DNA of 64,000 bases, from NCBI GenBank assembly GCA_047618565.1, contig JBLHKW010000001.1, forward strand, positions 99,019 to 163,018, in the 5' to 3' direction. This DNA comes from Planctomycetota bacterium. Its GTDB lineage: Bacteria; Planctomycetota; UBA1135; GCA-002686595. The notes beneath the pieces were generated by a model. It saw nothing but the letters and a program-made list of their open reading frames with translations, made no database searches and had not been told where the DNA came from. The position numbers and the translations under genes were made by a program. Of the stretch, positions 24,540 through 33,300 are shown in pieces (positions within the stretch are counted from its first letter, which is position 1; each line of letters begins with the position of its first letter).

Positions 24540-26083
24540 CGGCGCTCGGACTCGCACGACTCGGCCCCGATGAGCACGTCTGTCCGCTCCTCGTCCGTGC
24601 CGACGTAGCCGAGGGAGGCCAGGTTCTCGGCGACGGCGGCATCCTCATGGACACTCCATCCAGTCAGGCCGCCCGGACGGCCGCGGAACTGCAAGAGCTG
24701 CGCGCGCATGCTATCGCGCACCAGGGGTCGATCGAGCAACCGATCGACGCTCTCGGTCGGGTCCTCGTCGATCCCATAGAGCTCCTCGCAGTGCAGGCGG
24801 AAGCCGCGCTGGAAGCGCTCGAAGGGCGGTTTTTTGGGGTGTGCTCCACGCGGGTTGAGCACGTACTTGTGCTCCGCATCGCGCACGGTCCAGATCAGAT
24901 CCTGCCACTCGGAATAGACGTGCTGGCGCGGAGGCGCAGGGTCGTCGGATGCGAGGGATCGCGCCAGGGACACGCCCTCGAGCTCGTCCGGAACGTCTTC
25001 GCCAAGCCAGGTCAGCAGCGTCGGGACCAGATCCAGGCTCTGTACCAGGGGCTCGAACGTCGTGTCCACCGGCAGTCTTCCCGGCCAGCGCACGATCCAG
25101 GGCACTCGCAGCGTGCCGTCGTAGATCGAGTTGCCGTGGTAGTAGTAGGCTCCATGGTCAGCCAGCTCCTCACCATGGTCAGCGGTGAGGATCACGAGCG
25201 TCTCCTCGGCCAGGCCGCGCGCGTCCAGGGTCTCGAGCAGCTTGCCCACGAGGGAGTCGGCGGCGCGAACGCCTCCATCGTAGAGGCCGATGACATAACG
25301 ATGATCCGCGGGATCGAGGGGCGTTTCCGTGACGGCCGCGTGGCCCAGTCGTGTGTCGATCTTGCGCCAGTCGGGCTGGCCCTGGCGGCCGAGCAACGGC
25401 CCCGCGTAGTCACCGGTGAAGAGGCGGTCGAAGGGCGGGGGCGGGGTGTAGGGTTGATGGACGTCGTACAGGTGGACCCAGCAGAAAAAGGGCCGCTCGT
25501 CATCGGGGGAGCGCGAACTCAGCCATTCGATGGCCTTGCTCGTCACGAACGCGTCCGAGTCAGCTTGCTGCACGAGTCGCTTCTTCTTGCCGGACACGAG
25601 CTCGTCAGTGCCCTGGGCTGGATGTCCGAGCGGGCTGGCCGGCAAGCGCGAGAGGAAGGCGCTCGTGCGGTATCCGAGTGCCGACATGCGCTCGCTCAGG
25701 GTCGTCTGCGTTCCGGCGAACGGCTGACCGTTCTCGCGCACACCGTGCATCGATGGGTACTTGCCGACCATCAACGAGCACAGTGAGGGCGCGGTCTGCC
25801 CGCGCGGGACGAAGCACTGCTCGAAGCGCACTCCCTGGCGCGCGAAGGCATCGATCGCAGGGCTCACGGGCTCGGCGTAGGGCGAATAGCCGTAGCACCC
25901 GAGGTGGTCCGCGCGCAGGGTGTCGATGGTGATCATCAACACCGGCGGCCTGGGGCCGGGAAGCGCGCTGTCAGATGCGGCGCTGCAGGCGGCCAGGACA
26001 TGGGCCAGGAGGCATGCCACCCACGGGGACAGCGGGTGCGAGAATGGGCGCGGCATGCGGCGCGCGACGGGCTCCGGGAGCAT
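24536..26083 (-). CDS. Sulfatase-like hydrolase/transferase lipoprotein with Thr in place of the formylglycine Cys/Ser
   Basis: The sulfatase N-terminal block is ITIDTLRADHLGCYGY. The active-site region GQTAPSLCSLMVGKYP aligns to CxPSRxSLxTGxYP with T for C and L for R. The metal-site segment is TADHGE. Confidence 0.9.
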   Translation of the reverse strand: MLPEPVARRMPRPFSHPLSPWVACLLAHVLAACSAASDSALPGPRPPVLMITIDTLRADHLGCYGYSPYAEPVSPAIDAFARQGVRFEQCFVPRGQTAPSLCSLMVGKYPSMHGVRENGQPFAGTQTTLSERMSALGYRTSAFLSRLPASPLGHPAQGTDELVSGKKKRLVQQADSDAFVTSKAIEWLSSRSPDDERPFFCWVHLYDVHQPYTPPPPFDRLFTGDYAGPLLGRQGQPDWRKIDTRLGHAAVTETPLDPADHRYVIGLYDGGVRAADSLVGKLLETLDARGLAEETLVILTADHGEELADHGAYYYHGNSIYDGTLRVPWIVRWPGRLPVDTTFEPLVQSLDLVPTLLTWLGEDVPDELEGVSLARSLASDDPAPPRQHVYSEWQDLIWTVRDAEHKYVLNPRGAHPKKPPFERFQRGFRLHCEELYGIDEDPTESVDRLLDRPLVRDSMRAQLLQFRGRPGGLTGWSVHEDAAVAENLASLGYVGTDEERTDVLIGAESCESERR

Positions 26084-26092
26084 CGTCAGATT

Positions 26093-26535
26093 CTACTGGG
26101 GATGCTGCCACCTCCATACCCCCTGGCGCTGAAGCACCTTTATCAAGGGCCTGCTACAGCCAGGGCCAGGTGACGCGCAACTGGACCAGGTAAAATCGCT
26201 GTTCAAGAGGGTCCGGCTGGATGATCTGGGCAATCCGAACGAGATTCCGGTGACCGCACTCGGAACCCGATGGAGGACGCGCAGTCGGACCTGGTTCTCC
26301 ATCTCGGTGTCGACGTACTGCTCGGGCTGGAGCAGCATCTCGGTCACGTGCGTCGCCTGTTGCGAGACCAGGCTCAACGGCCGCTCATCGACCGTGCGCC
26401 AGGTCTGATCGGCCACATGCCATAGCTGCACCAGTTGCTTTCCATCCATCCGGTCGGCGCCCGCCTCGACCGCGATGTCGAAGCGCGCGGGGAGGTCGCC
26501 GTTCAGCTGGAACGTGGTCTCGATGGAGCACTCGG
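26093..26535 (-). pseudogene. Frame-disrupted C-terminal extension of the PQQ-dependent dehydrogenase gene
   Basis: Directly after the stop at 26536 a different frame continues with protein-like sequence: ILTECSIETTFQLNGDLPARFDIAVEAGADRMDGKQLVQLWHVADQTWRTVDERPL..VRLRVLH. A further shift near 26230 gives NLVRIAQIIQPDPLEQRFYLVQLRVTWPWL*. Confidence 0.4.
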
Positions 26536-27879
26536 TCAGGATCTGCCATCCGGGGCAGAGCGCATCGCGAGGGTGGCGTCATCCGCGAACTCCAGGTCGG
26601 CGACAGCTCCTGATTCGATGTTGCCGCGCACCGCCTGCGCGGTCAGCGGCTCGAAGACGTCCACCAGGGGGCGGATGCGGCGGATGAACCCTCCGCCGTA
26701 ATCTGCGAGGTACAGGTATCCGTCCGGGCCCATCTGAATCTCGGTGACGAGCCCCAGGCCCGAGCCGAATCGGGCCTGATCTCGCTCCGCGAGGTCGTCG
26801 GCGACGCCGTCGGCCAGGCCTGCGGTGAGGATCAGGTGCTCACGGGCCTGATCGAGTTGGAAGTTGTAAATCTGGCCGTTGACCTCGCCGTAGATGAGGT
26901 TGTTGCGCAGGTCGGCGGGGAAGCGCTTGGAGTTGAGGAAGCACACGCCCGTGACCCCGGGCGTGGGGAGCACGCTATACTCCGGGTCGCGGTAGAAGGA
27001 CCCGGGCAATTGCACGAGGTCGGCCTCGTCCCTTGCGACGTATCCGTTCTTGAGAAAGACCGCGTCCCGTGCATCCGGCCCTGCGATGAGCCCCCAGCCG
27101 CCGTTCATCCCGGACCCGCCGCGGTTGATCTCGTCGTAGACGTCCGGGCCATTATCGCTCCACCACAGTTCGCCGCTCACGGGGTCGAAGTCCATCCCGA
27201 GCGAGTTCCGGAATCCATAGCAGTACCACGCGCGCACATTCAGGTTGGGATGGTCGATGAACGGATTGTCGTGGGGTATCTCTCCGCCCGGGTGGATGCG
27301 AAAGATGCCGCCGGAGCGCGAGGATTCGGCTGTCCCCGAGTTGAGTTCGATGCGGCCGTTGGTCGAGCTACCGCGATGCTTGTCACCGACCTGGCCGTAC
27401 AGCATCCCGTCGGGCCCGAAGCGTAGTGTGCCGCCGTTGTGATTGTTGGTGTTGTCCTGGTCGAGGTCATAGGGTGAGGTGAACACCGGGCCGAAGGGCT
27501 CGGTCATGAACTCGCCGTCAAACCTGTAGCGCATGACCTGGCTCCCGCGCCAGCCGCCGCCATCCGTGGAGGCTGTGGTGTGGTAGTAGTACACGAACCC
27601 GTTCGACGCGAAGTCCGGATGGCAGGTGATGCCGAGTGCTCCCTCGGCTGAGGTGATGACATCCAGGGCGATGCTCTGCACGAGGCCGTCCTTGATGTAC
27701 ACGACCTCGCCCGTGGCGTTCTCGACCACGAGCATCTCGCCGGGACCGATGAACGTGAATGCCGCGGGACGGGACAGGGCGCTGCTCCACAGTTCCACAC
27801 CGATCCGTGCGTCGTCGATGCTCTGCGAGTATGCGGGCACGGACGTCAATGCAAACAGAACGAACGCCGATCGGATCAT
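26536..27879 (-). CDS. PQQ-dependent sugar (glucose/sorbosone) dehydrogenase-like beta-propeller, secreted
   Basis: The start is ATG 27879 with signal peptide MIRSAFVLFALTSVPAYSQ. The SGDH-type block is GALGITCHPDFASNGFVYYYHT, followed by GGTLRFGPDGMLY. Confidence 0.85.
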   Translation of the reverse strand: MIRSAFVLFALTSVPAYSQSIDDARIGVELWSSALSRPAAFTFIGPGEMLVVENATGEVVYIKDGLVQSIALDVITSAEGALGITCHPDFASNGFVYYYHTTASTDGGGWRGSQVMRYRFDGEFMTEPFGPVFTSPYDLDQDNTNNHNGGTLRFGPDGMLYGQVGDKHRGSSTNGRIELNSGTAESSRSGGIFRIHPGGEIPHDNPFIDHPNLNVRAWYCYGFRNSLGMDFDPVSGELWWSDNGPDVYDEINRGGSGMNGGWGLIAGPDARDAVFLKNGYVARDEADLVQLPGSFYRDPEYSVLPTPGVTGVCFLNSKRFPADLRNNLIYGEVNGQIYNFQLDQAREHLILTAGLADGVADDLAERDQARFGSGLGLVTEIQMGPDGYLYLADYGGGFIRRIRPLVDVFEPLTAQAVRGNIESGAVADLEFADDATLAMRSAPDGRS

Positions 27880-28054
27880 CGCCAAAACCTCAAAACACCG
27901 GGGAGGACGTGGAAACGATGGAATGTGTGGGTACTTCTTGGTACCGCACATCCCTTCTGACCGCAAGCTGCGACCACGATTCCGGACGCGCCTCTGCGCG
28001 GCCTGTCGGCAATCACGTCTCTCCCCAACGTCTGACCGAGCTCGCTCCCGACCG

Positions 28055-29281
28055 TCAGGCGTCGTCGGCTTCGATCATCTCGACCAAGCGTGCGACACAC
28101 TCCGCCACGAAGCTCGGATCCTCTGCGTGCGTGTCGCGCTCGACGATCTCGATCGTGTCGGGCAAGCCCGACTTGAGCGCGTCGAAGAACGCGGCGTCCG
28201 CCAGCGTGTCGCGCAGCGGCCCGTCGGGCATCGCGTAGCTCCCGGTGCCATCCTTGGGGATGAACAGGACCGCCTTGCCGTGCGTGTGTTGCAGGCGCGA
28301 GTTGATGTCAGCCGCGACCCGGGCGAGCTCATCGGCTCGCAGGCGCGGGACGAAGACGACCGGGCTGTGGAAGACGAAGGTGTGCTCTTTCCACTCTTCA
28401 GGCACGGTGTTTGGCTGCACAAGGATGCCCAGGTGCTCGGCGCCACCGGGGCAGAGTACCTGGGGCAGTCCGAGCTTCCCGGCAACGGTCAGGCGCTCGG
28501 GGCCGCCCGCGCGCAGGGCGCCGAAGACCTCATCGGAGATCTCGCCCATGGCGTAGTCGAAGACCGCGCCGATGACGCCCTCCTTCATCATCTGTTCCAT
28601 CGCGCGGCCGCCCGAGCCGATGGCGTGGAATACGATCGACTCGTACCCACGCTCGCGAAAGAGCTGGACCGCGTGCAGGGTCCCGCGCGTCAGCACTCCA
28701 AGATTGGATATGCCTATCAATGGCTTGTCGACCCTGTCGGGTTGGGGGACTGCGCCGACCAGGGCCATTCCGTGTGCCGCACCCGCCGCGCCGGCCAGGA
28801 TGCGGCGTGTGAATGAATTGAGGCCGAGGATGTCGCTGACCGAGAACATCATCGTGATGTCCTTGATGCCGACGTACGCCGCCGTGTCGCCGGAGGCTGC
28901 GGTCGACACCATGATCTTGGGGAGTCCGTAGGGCATCGCGCGCATGACAGCGGTACAGGCCGCCGTGCCCTGAAGCCCTCCGAGGCCGAGTATTCCGTGC
29001 AGCTCACCCGCCTTGAACAGGCCTTGCAGGGTGGCGATGGCGCCCGCGATCATCACGGGCGCGGCGGCCTCGCGCGTCGGCGCCGATAGCAGCTGCGCGA
29101 GCTCGGTGCCGCCCGCGCGTGCGATCTCCTCGCGCCCAACGTCCGCGCGGGTGCCGGGTGTATGGATCACACCCATGTCGACGATCAGAGCCCGGCTTCC
29201 AAGTTGCTCCAGCTGCTCACGCAGGTACTGGGCCTCTTCTGCCTTGGTGTCGAGCGTGGCGAGGACCGCGATGACGTTCAT
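28055..29281 (-). CDS. UPF0261 / Tm-1-like ATP-binding domain protein
   Basis: MNVIAVLATLDTKAEEAQYLREQL.. is the typical UPF0261 N-terminus. The start is ATG 29281 (2 nt after the upstream TGA) or TTG 29287 (TTGA overlap). Confidence 0.9.
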   Translation of the reverse strand: MNVIAVLATLDTKAEEAQYLREQLEQLGSRALIVDMGVIHTPGTRADVGREEIARAGGTELAQLLSAPTREAAAPVMIAGAIATLQGLFKAGELHGILGLGGLQGTAACTAVMRAMPYGLPKIMVSTAASGDTAAYVGIKDITMMFSVSDILGLNSFTRRILAGAAGAAHGMALVGAVPQPDRVDKPLIGISNLGVLTRGTLHAVQLFRERGYESIVFHAIGSGGRAMEQMMKEGVIGAVFDYAMGEISDEVFGALRAGGPERLTVAGKLGLPQVLCPGGAEHLGILVQPNTVPEEWKEHTFVFHSPVVFVPRLRADELARVAADINSRLQHTHGKAVLFIPKDGTGSYAMPDGPLRDTLADAAFFDALKSGLPDTIEIVERDTHAEDPSFVAECVARLVEMIEADDA

Positions 29282-29283
29282 GC

Positions 29284-30153
29284 TCAAGCCTCTCCGTCAG
29301 TACCAAAGCGCAGGGCAGCGAAGCGAGCTGCGGTCTCCGTGACCGCGCGTTCGATGGGCAGGCGTTCCGTCGATGATCCGGTCCAGAAGCCATCGCAGCT
29401 GGTGTGGTTCAGGATGTACTGTGCATCCTCGGGCGTCTCCATCGCGGCCCCGTGGGCAACCAGCAGGACGTCGGGCGCGAGAGCGCGCAGCTTCTGGTTG
29501 GCCTCTTCCGTGCGCCTGGCCGTTCCCTCGATCGTCTCTCCGGAGTCGTAGCCGGTCAGGCCTCCGCGGGTTGTGCCCGCGTGGAAGCAGAAGACGTCCG
29601 GCTGCGCCTGTTCGACGAGAGCGCAGCTGTCCTCCTCGTCGAAGGCCAGCCCGATGGTCACGAACTCCATCTCCCTGGCGAGGCGCAGGAACTCGATCTC
29701 GGCCTCGAAGGTGATGCCACTTTTGTTCAGGACCCGGTAGATCTGGCTGTCCTTGTCGACGTAGCTGATCGATGGGCCGATGTTGGAGACCGACTCGACG
29801 CCCATCGCTCTCAGCTCCTCCAGGACCATGCGCATGTCCCGCAGGGGATCGTTGGCGTTCATGCAGGCGCAGACGAAGGCGTCACCCGTGAGCGCTGGCA
29901 TGATGTCCTCGCGCGTGTAGTCGAGGGTCTGCTTGTTGGAATCCAGGATGGGCCAGAGCATGGCCATGGTGCCCATTCCATTGGCGCGCAGGCGAGCTCC
30001 GGAGAAGGTGTTGATGCAGTCGACGCCGGCGCGCTCGAGCAGCTTGGCGACCAGGCCGCTGCCGGCGCTGGCGATCCAGATGGGCTGCCCACTGGCACGC
30101 TTGCGTGCGAGTTTCTCGAGAATCCGGGTTCGGGATGTGCGGGGGACGATCAC
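29284..30153 (-). CDS. Phosphoenolpyruvate hydrolase-like TIM-barrel protein (partner of UPF0261)
   Basis: GTG start. ILEKLARKRASGQPIWIASAGSGLVAKLLERAGVDCINTFSGARLRANGMGTMA matches the PEP_hydrolase/TIM-barrel signal-transduction family pattern. Confidence 0.9.
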   Translation of the reverse strand: MIVPRTSRTRILEKLARKRASGQPIWIASAGSGLVAKLLERAGVDCINTFSGARLRANGMGTMAMLWPILDSNKQTLDYTREDIMPALTGDAFVCACMNANDPLRDMRMVLEELRAMGVESVSNIGPSISYVDKDSQIYRVLNKSGITFEAEIEFLRLAREMEFVTIGLAFDEEDSCALVEQAQPDVFCFHAGTTRGGLTGYDSGETIEGTARRTEEANQKLRALAPDVLLVAHGAAMETPEDAQYILNHTSCDGFWTGSSTERLPIERAVTETAARFAALRFGTDGEA

Positions 30154-30315
30154 GGGTGCTCGCTGGACGGGGGGAGGGGCTTCGAGACGTCGATGAGCTT
30201 AGCGCCCCGGGAGAGCAAACCCAAACCGGGGCCCGTCGATGTCACCCGTCCGACTCTCCGGTAACATCTCAGGGTCGACCGATTTCCTGATCACGAAACA
30301 CCCTCCATCACGCAC

Positions 30316-33300
30316 ATGCTTGCAGCATTCCGCGCCACGCTTCTGATCTTTCTGGCCCCCCTGCTGGTCTCGGGCGTCGGCCCGTCCGCGACGCCTGCGG
30401 CCAGCGCTGGCCAGGCGCCCCTGGACCCGGGCAAGGGGAACGTGATCTGTCTGCTCGGAAACGCTCTGGCCGAGCGCATGCAGCACGACGGCTGGCTGGA
30501 GACGCGTATTCAGCAGCGCTTTCCCGAGCGCGAGCTACGCGTACGCAACCTTGGGTTCGGTGGCGACGCGATCGACGTGCACCAGCGCACGATGAACTTC
30601 GGCAAGTTCACTGCGGACGGCATGGAGATGAACCTGGCGAACGAGCGCTTCGTTCCGTGGGACCGCTATCTCGCCCACTGCGGAGCGGATGTCGTGCTCG
30701 CGTTCTTCGGCTACAACGAGTCCTTCGCCGGCGAGAGCGGTCTGGCTGCCTTCCGTGCGAGCTTGAAGGAATTCATTGGCCACGTACGTGGCGAGACCTA
30801 CGCGGGCCATGCTCCGGAGCTGGTTCTGCTCGGGTCGATTCCGCACGAAGGCCCACGGGGCCGTGGCCTGCCCCAGGGACTTCAGCGCAACGGACGCATT
30901 CAGCTCTACAACCGAGCGATGGCCGAGGTGGCGGCAGAGGCGGGTGTGCGCTACATCGACCTGTACGCGCCCATGCTGGCAGCTTACGGGGTGGCAGAAG
31001 GGCCGTTGACGATCAACGGGGCGCACTTGAACGAGGAAGGCAATCGGTATCTGGCGCGTGCGATCGATGCGGCGCTCTTCGGGGCGAGCTCGCAGACGTC
31101 AGTCGGGCAGCCAGCACGCGATGGACTGCGCGTTGCGATCCAGGAGAAGAACCTGTTGTGGTTCGAACGCTACAGGGCGACCGATGGCTACAACGTTTAC
31201 GGTGGCCGTTCGCGCAAGGTCTACGCCAGCGATGGGGACGGCGGTGTGTTCAGCAACTGGGCCGTGCTGCAGCGCGAGATGGACCACCTCGACGTGCTCG
31301 TCGGCAATCGGGATCAGGCCATCTGGCAGCTTGCGCGCGGTGGGCGCCCCGTGCTCGACGACTCGAACGCGCCGCCGCTGATCGAGGTCGCGACGAATGC
31401 TCGCGGAGACGAGGACGGGGGCATGCACCGGTTTCTCGAGGCGCAGAGTTCCAGGGCACTGGTGACCGCCGCGCCCGGCATGCGGGTCGATGTCTTCGCG
31501 GACGAACAGCAGTTCCCGGAGCTCGCCAATCCCGTCCAGATGGCCTGGGATGTGCGCGGCCGCCTGTGGGTGGCTGTCTGGCCCACCTATCCGCACTGGG
31601 TGCCGGGTGAGCCCAGGAACGACAAGTTGTTGATTCTGGAGGATGAGGATGGGGACGGGCGCGCCGACACCTGCAAGACGTTTGCCGGCGACCTGCACAA
31701 TCCGACCGGCTTCGAATTCTGGAACGGTGGCGTGCTTCTGGCGGCGGCCCCGGATTTGTTGTTTCTGGAGGATACGGACGGGGACGATCGCGTCGATCGG
31801 CGCGAGCGCTTGCTGCACGGGCTGAGCTCCGCGGACACACACCATTCGGCCAACAGCTTCGTACTCGGTCCGGACGGCGCCCTCTATTTTCAGGAGGGCA
31901 CCTTTCACCAGTCCCAGGTGGAGAGCATCTACGGCCCGGTCCGCAATCGCGACGGCTGTGTATGGCGCTTTCACCCGCGCAGCTGGCGCGTCGAGCGCTA
32001 CATCCCGTACGGATTCGCGAATCCGCACGGCCATGTGTTCGATCGCTGGGGGCAGGACTTCATGACCGACGGGACGGGGAACGTGAACTACTACGCGTTG
32101 CCATTCTCCGGAGCCCTCCCGGAGCCGCTCAAGCACAGGGGCTACTTCCCGTTCTTCCAGCAGCGCAGCCGACCGTCCGCGGGCACGGAGATTCTCTCCA
32201 GCGGCCATTTTCCAGAGGAGAACCAGCAGAGCTATCTGATCGCCAACGTGATCGGCTTTCAGGGCATCTTCCAGTACCGAATCACTGACGATGGGGCGGG
32301 CTTCGGGGCCGTCGAGCTGGAACCGATCGTGCAGAGCGAGGAGCGAAACTTCCGGCCCGCCGACATCGAGGTCGGCCCCGACGGCGCGCTCTACTTCCTG
32401 GACTGGCACAACCCGCTGATCGGACACCTGCAGCACCACCTGCGCGATCCCAGCCGCGACGGTTCGCACGGTCGCGTGTACCGCGTGACCTGCGCAGGAC
32501 GCGACCTGCTGACGCCGCCTGCCATCGCGGGGGAACCGATCGAGTCGCTGCTGGAGCTGTTGCGTTCGCCGGAGGACCGCGTGCGTTACCGGGCACGCAT
32601 CGAGCTGAGTGGACGGGACACGGATGAGGTGCTGACCCGTGCGCGCGAGTGGGTGGCGACGCTCGATTCCGAGGATCCGGAGCTGGAACACCACCTGCTA
32701 GAGGCGCTCTGGCTGTACCAGCAGCACGATCGCATGGATCGACCGCTGCTCGAGCGGCTGCTGCGTGCCACGGATGCACGCGCACGGGCGGCGGCGACGC
32801 GTGTGGTACGCAACGGCCGCCACCATCTACCTGATGGGCTGGCGCTCCTCGCGCCGCGCGCCGTCGATGAGCATGCGCGCGTGCGTCTCGAGGCTGTCGT
32901 CGCGGCCAGTTTCTTCGAGTCGGCCCAGGCTGCGGAGGTGGCCCTTTCGGCCCTGTCCCTCGAGACCGACAACTTCCTCGACTATGCGCTGGGCGAGACC
33001 ATCCGTGCCCTCGAGCCGCACTGGCGAGGAGCCCTGCGCGCTGGCGAGTCTCTGAGCGCGGACAACCCGGCCGGGGTGGAGTACCTGCTGGAGCGCGTGG
33101 ACGACGAGGAGCTCCTGATGCTTCCACGTATGGCGCCGGTTCACTGGGCGATCCTGACGCGGCACGGCATCGAGCCTGATCTGCGACGGGATGCGGCCGG
33201 GGCCCTGGCGCACGAGACGAACACGAGTCGTGGTTCCGTCGTGCTCGAGGCGCTGGCCCGTGTCGATCGGGACGGAGGAACGCACGCGGGTCACGTGACC

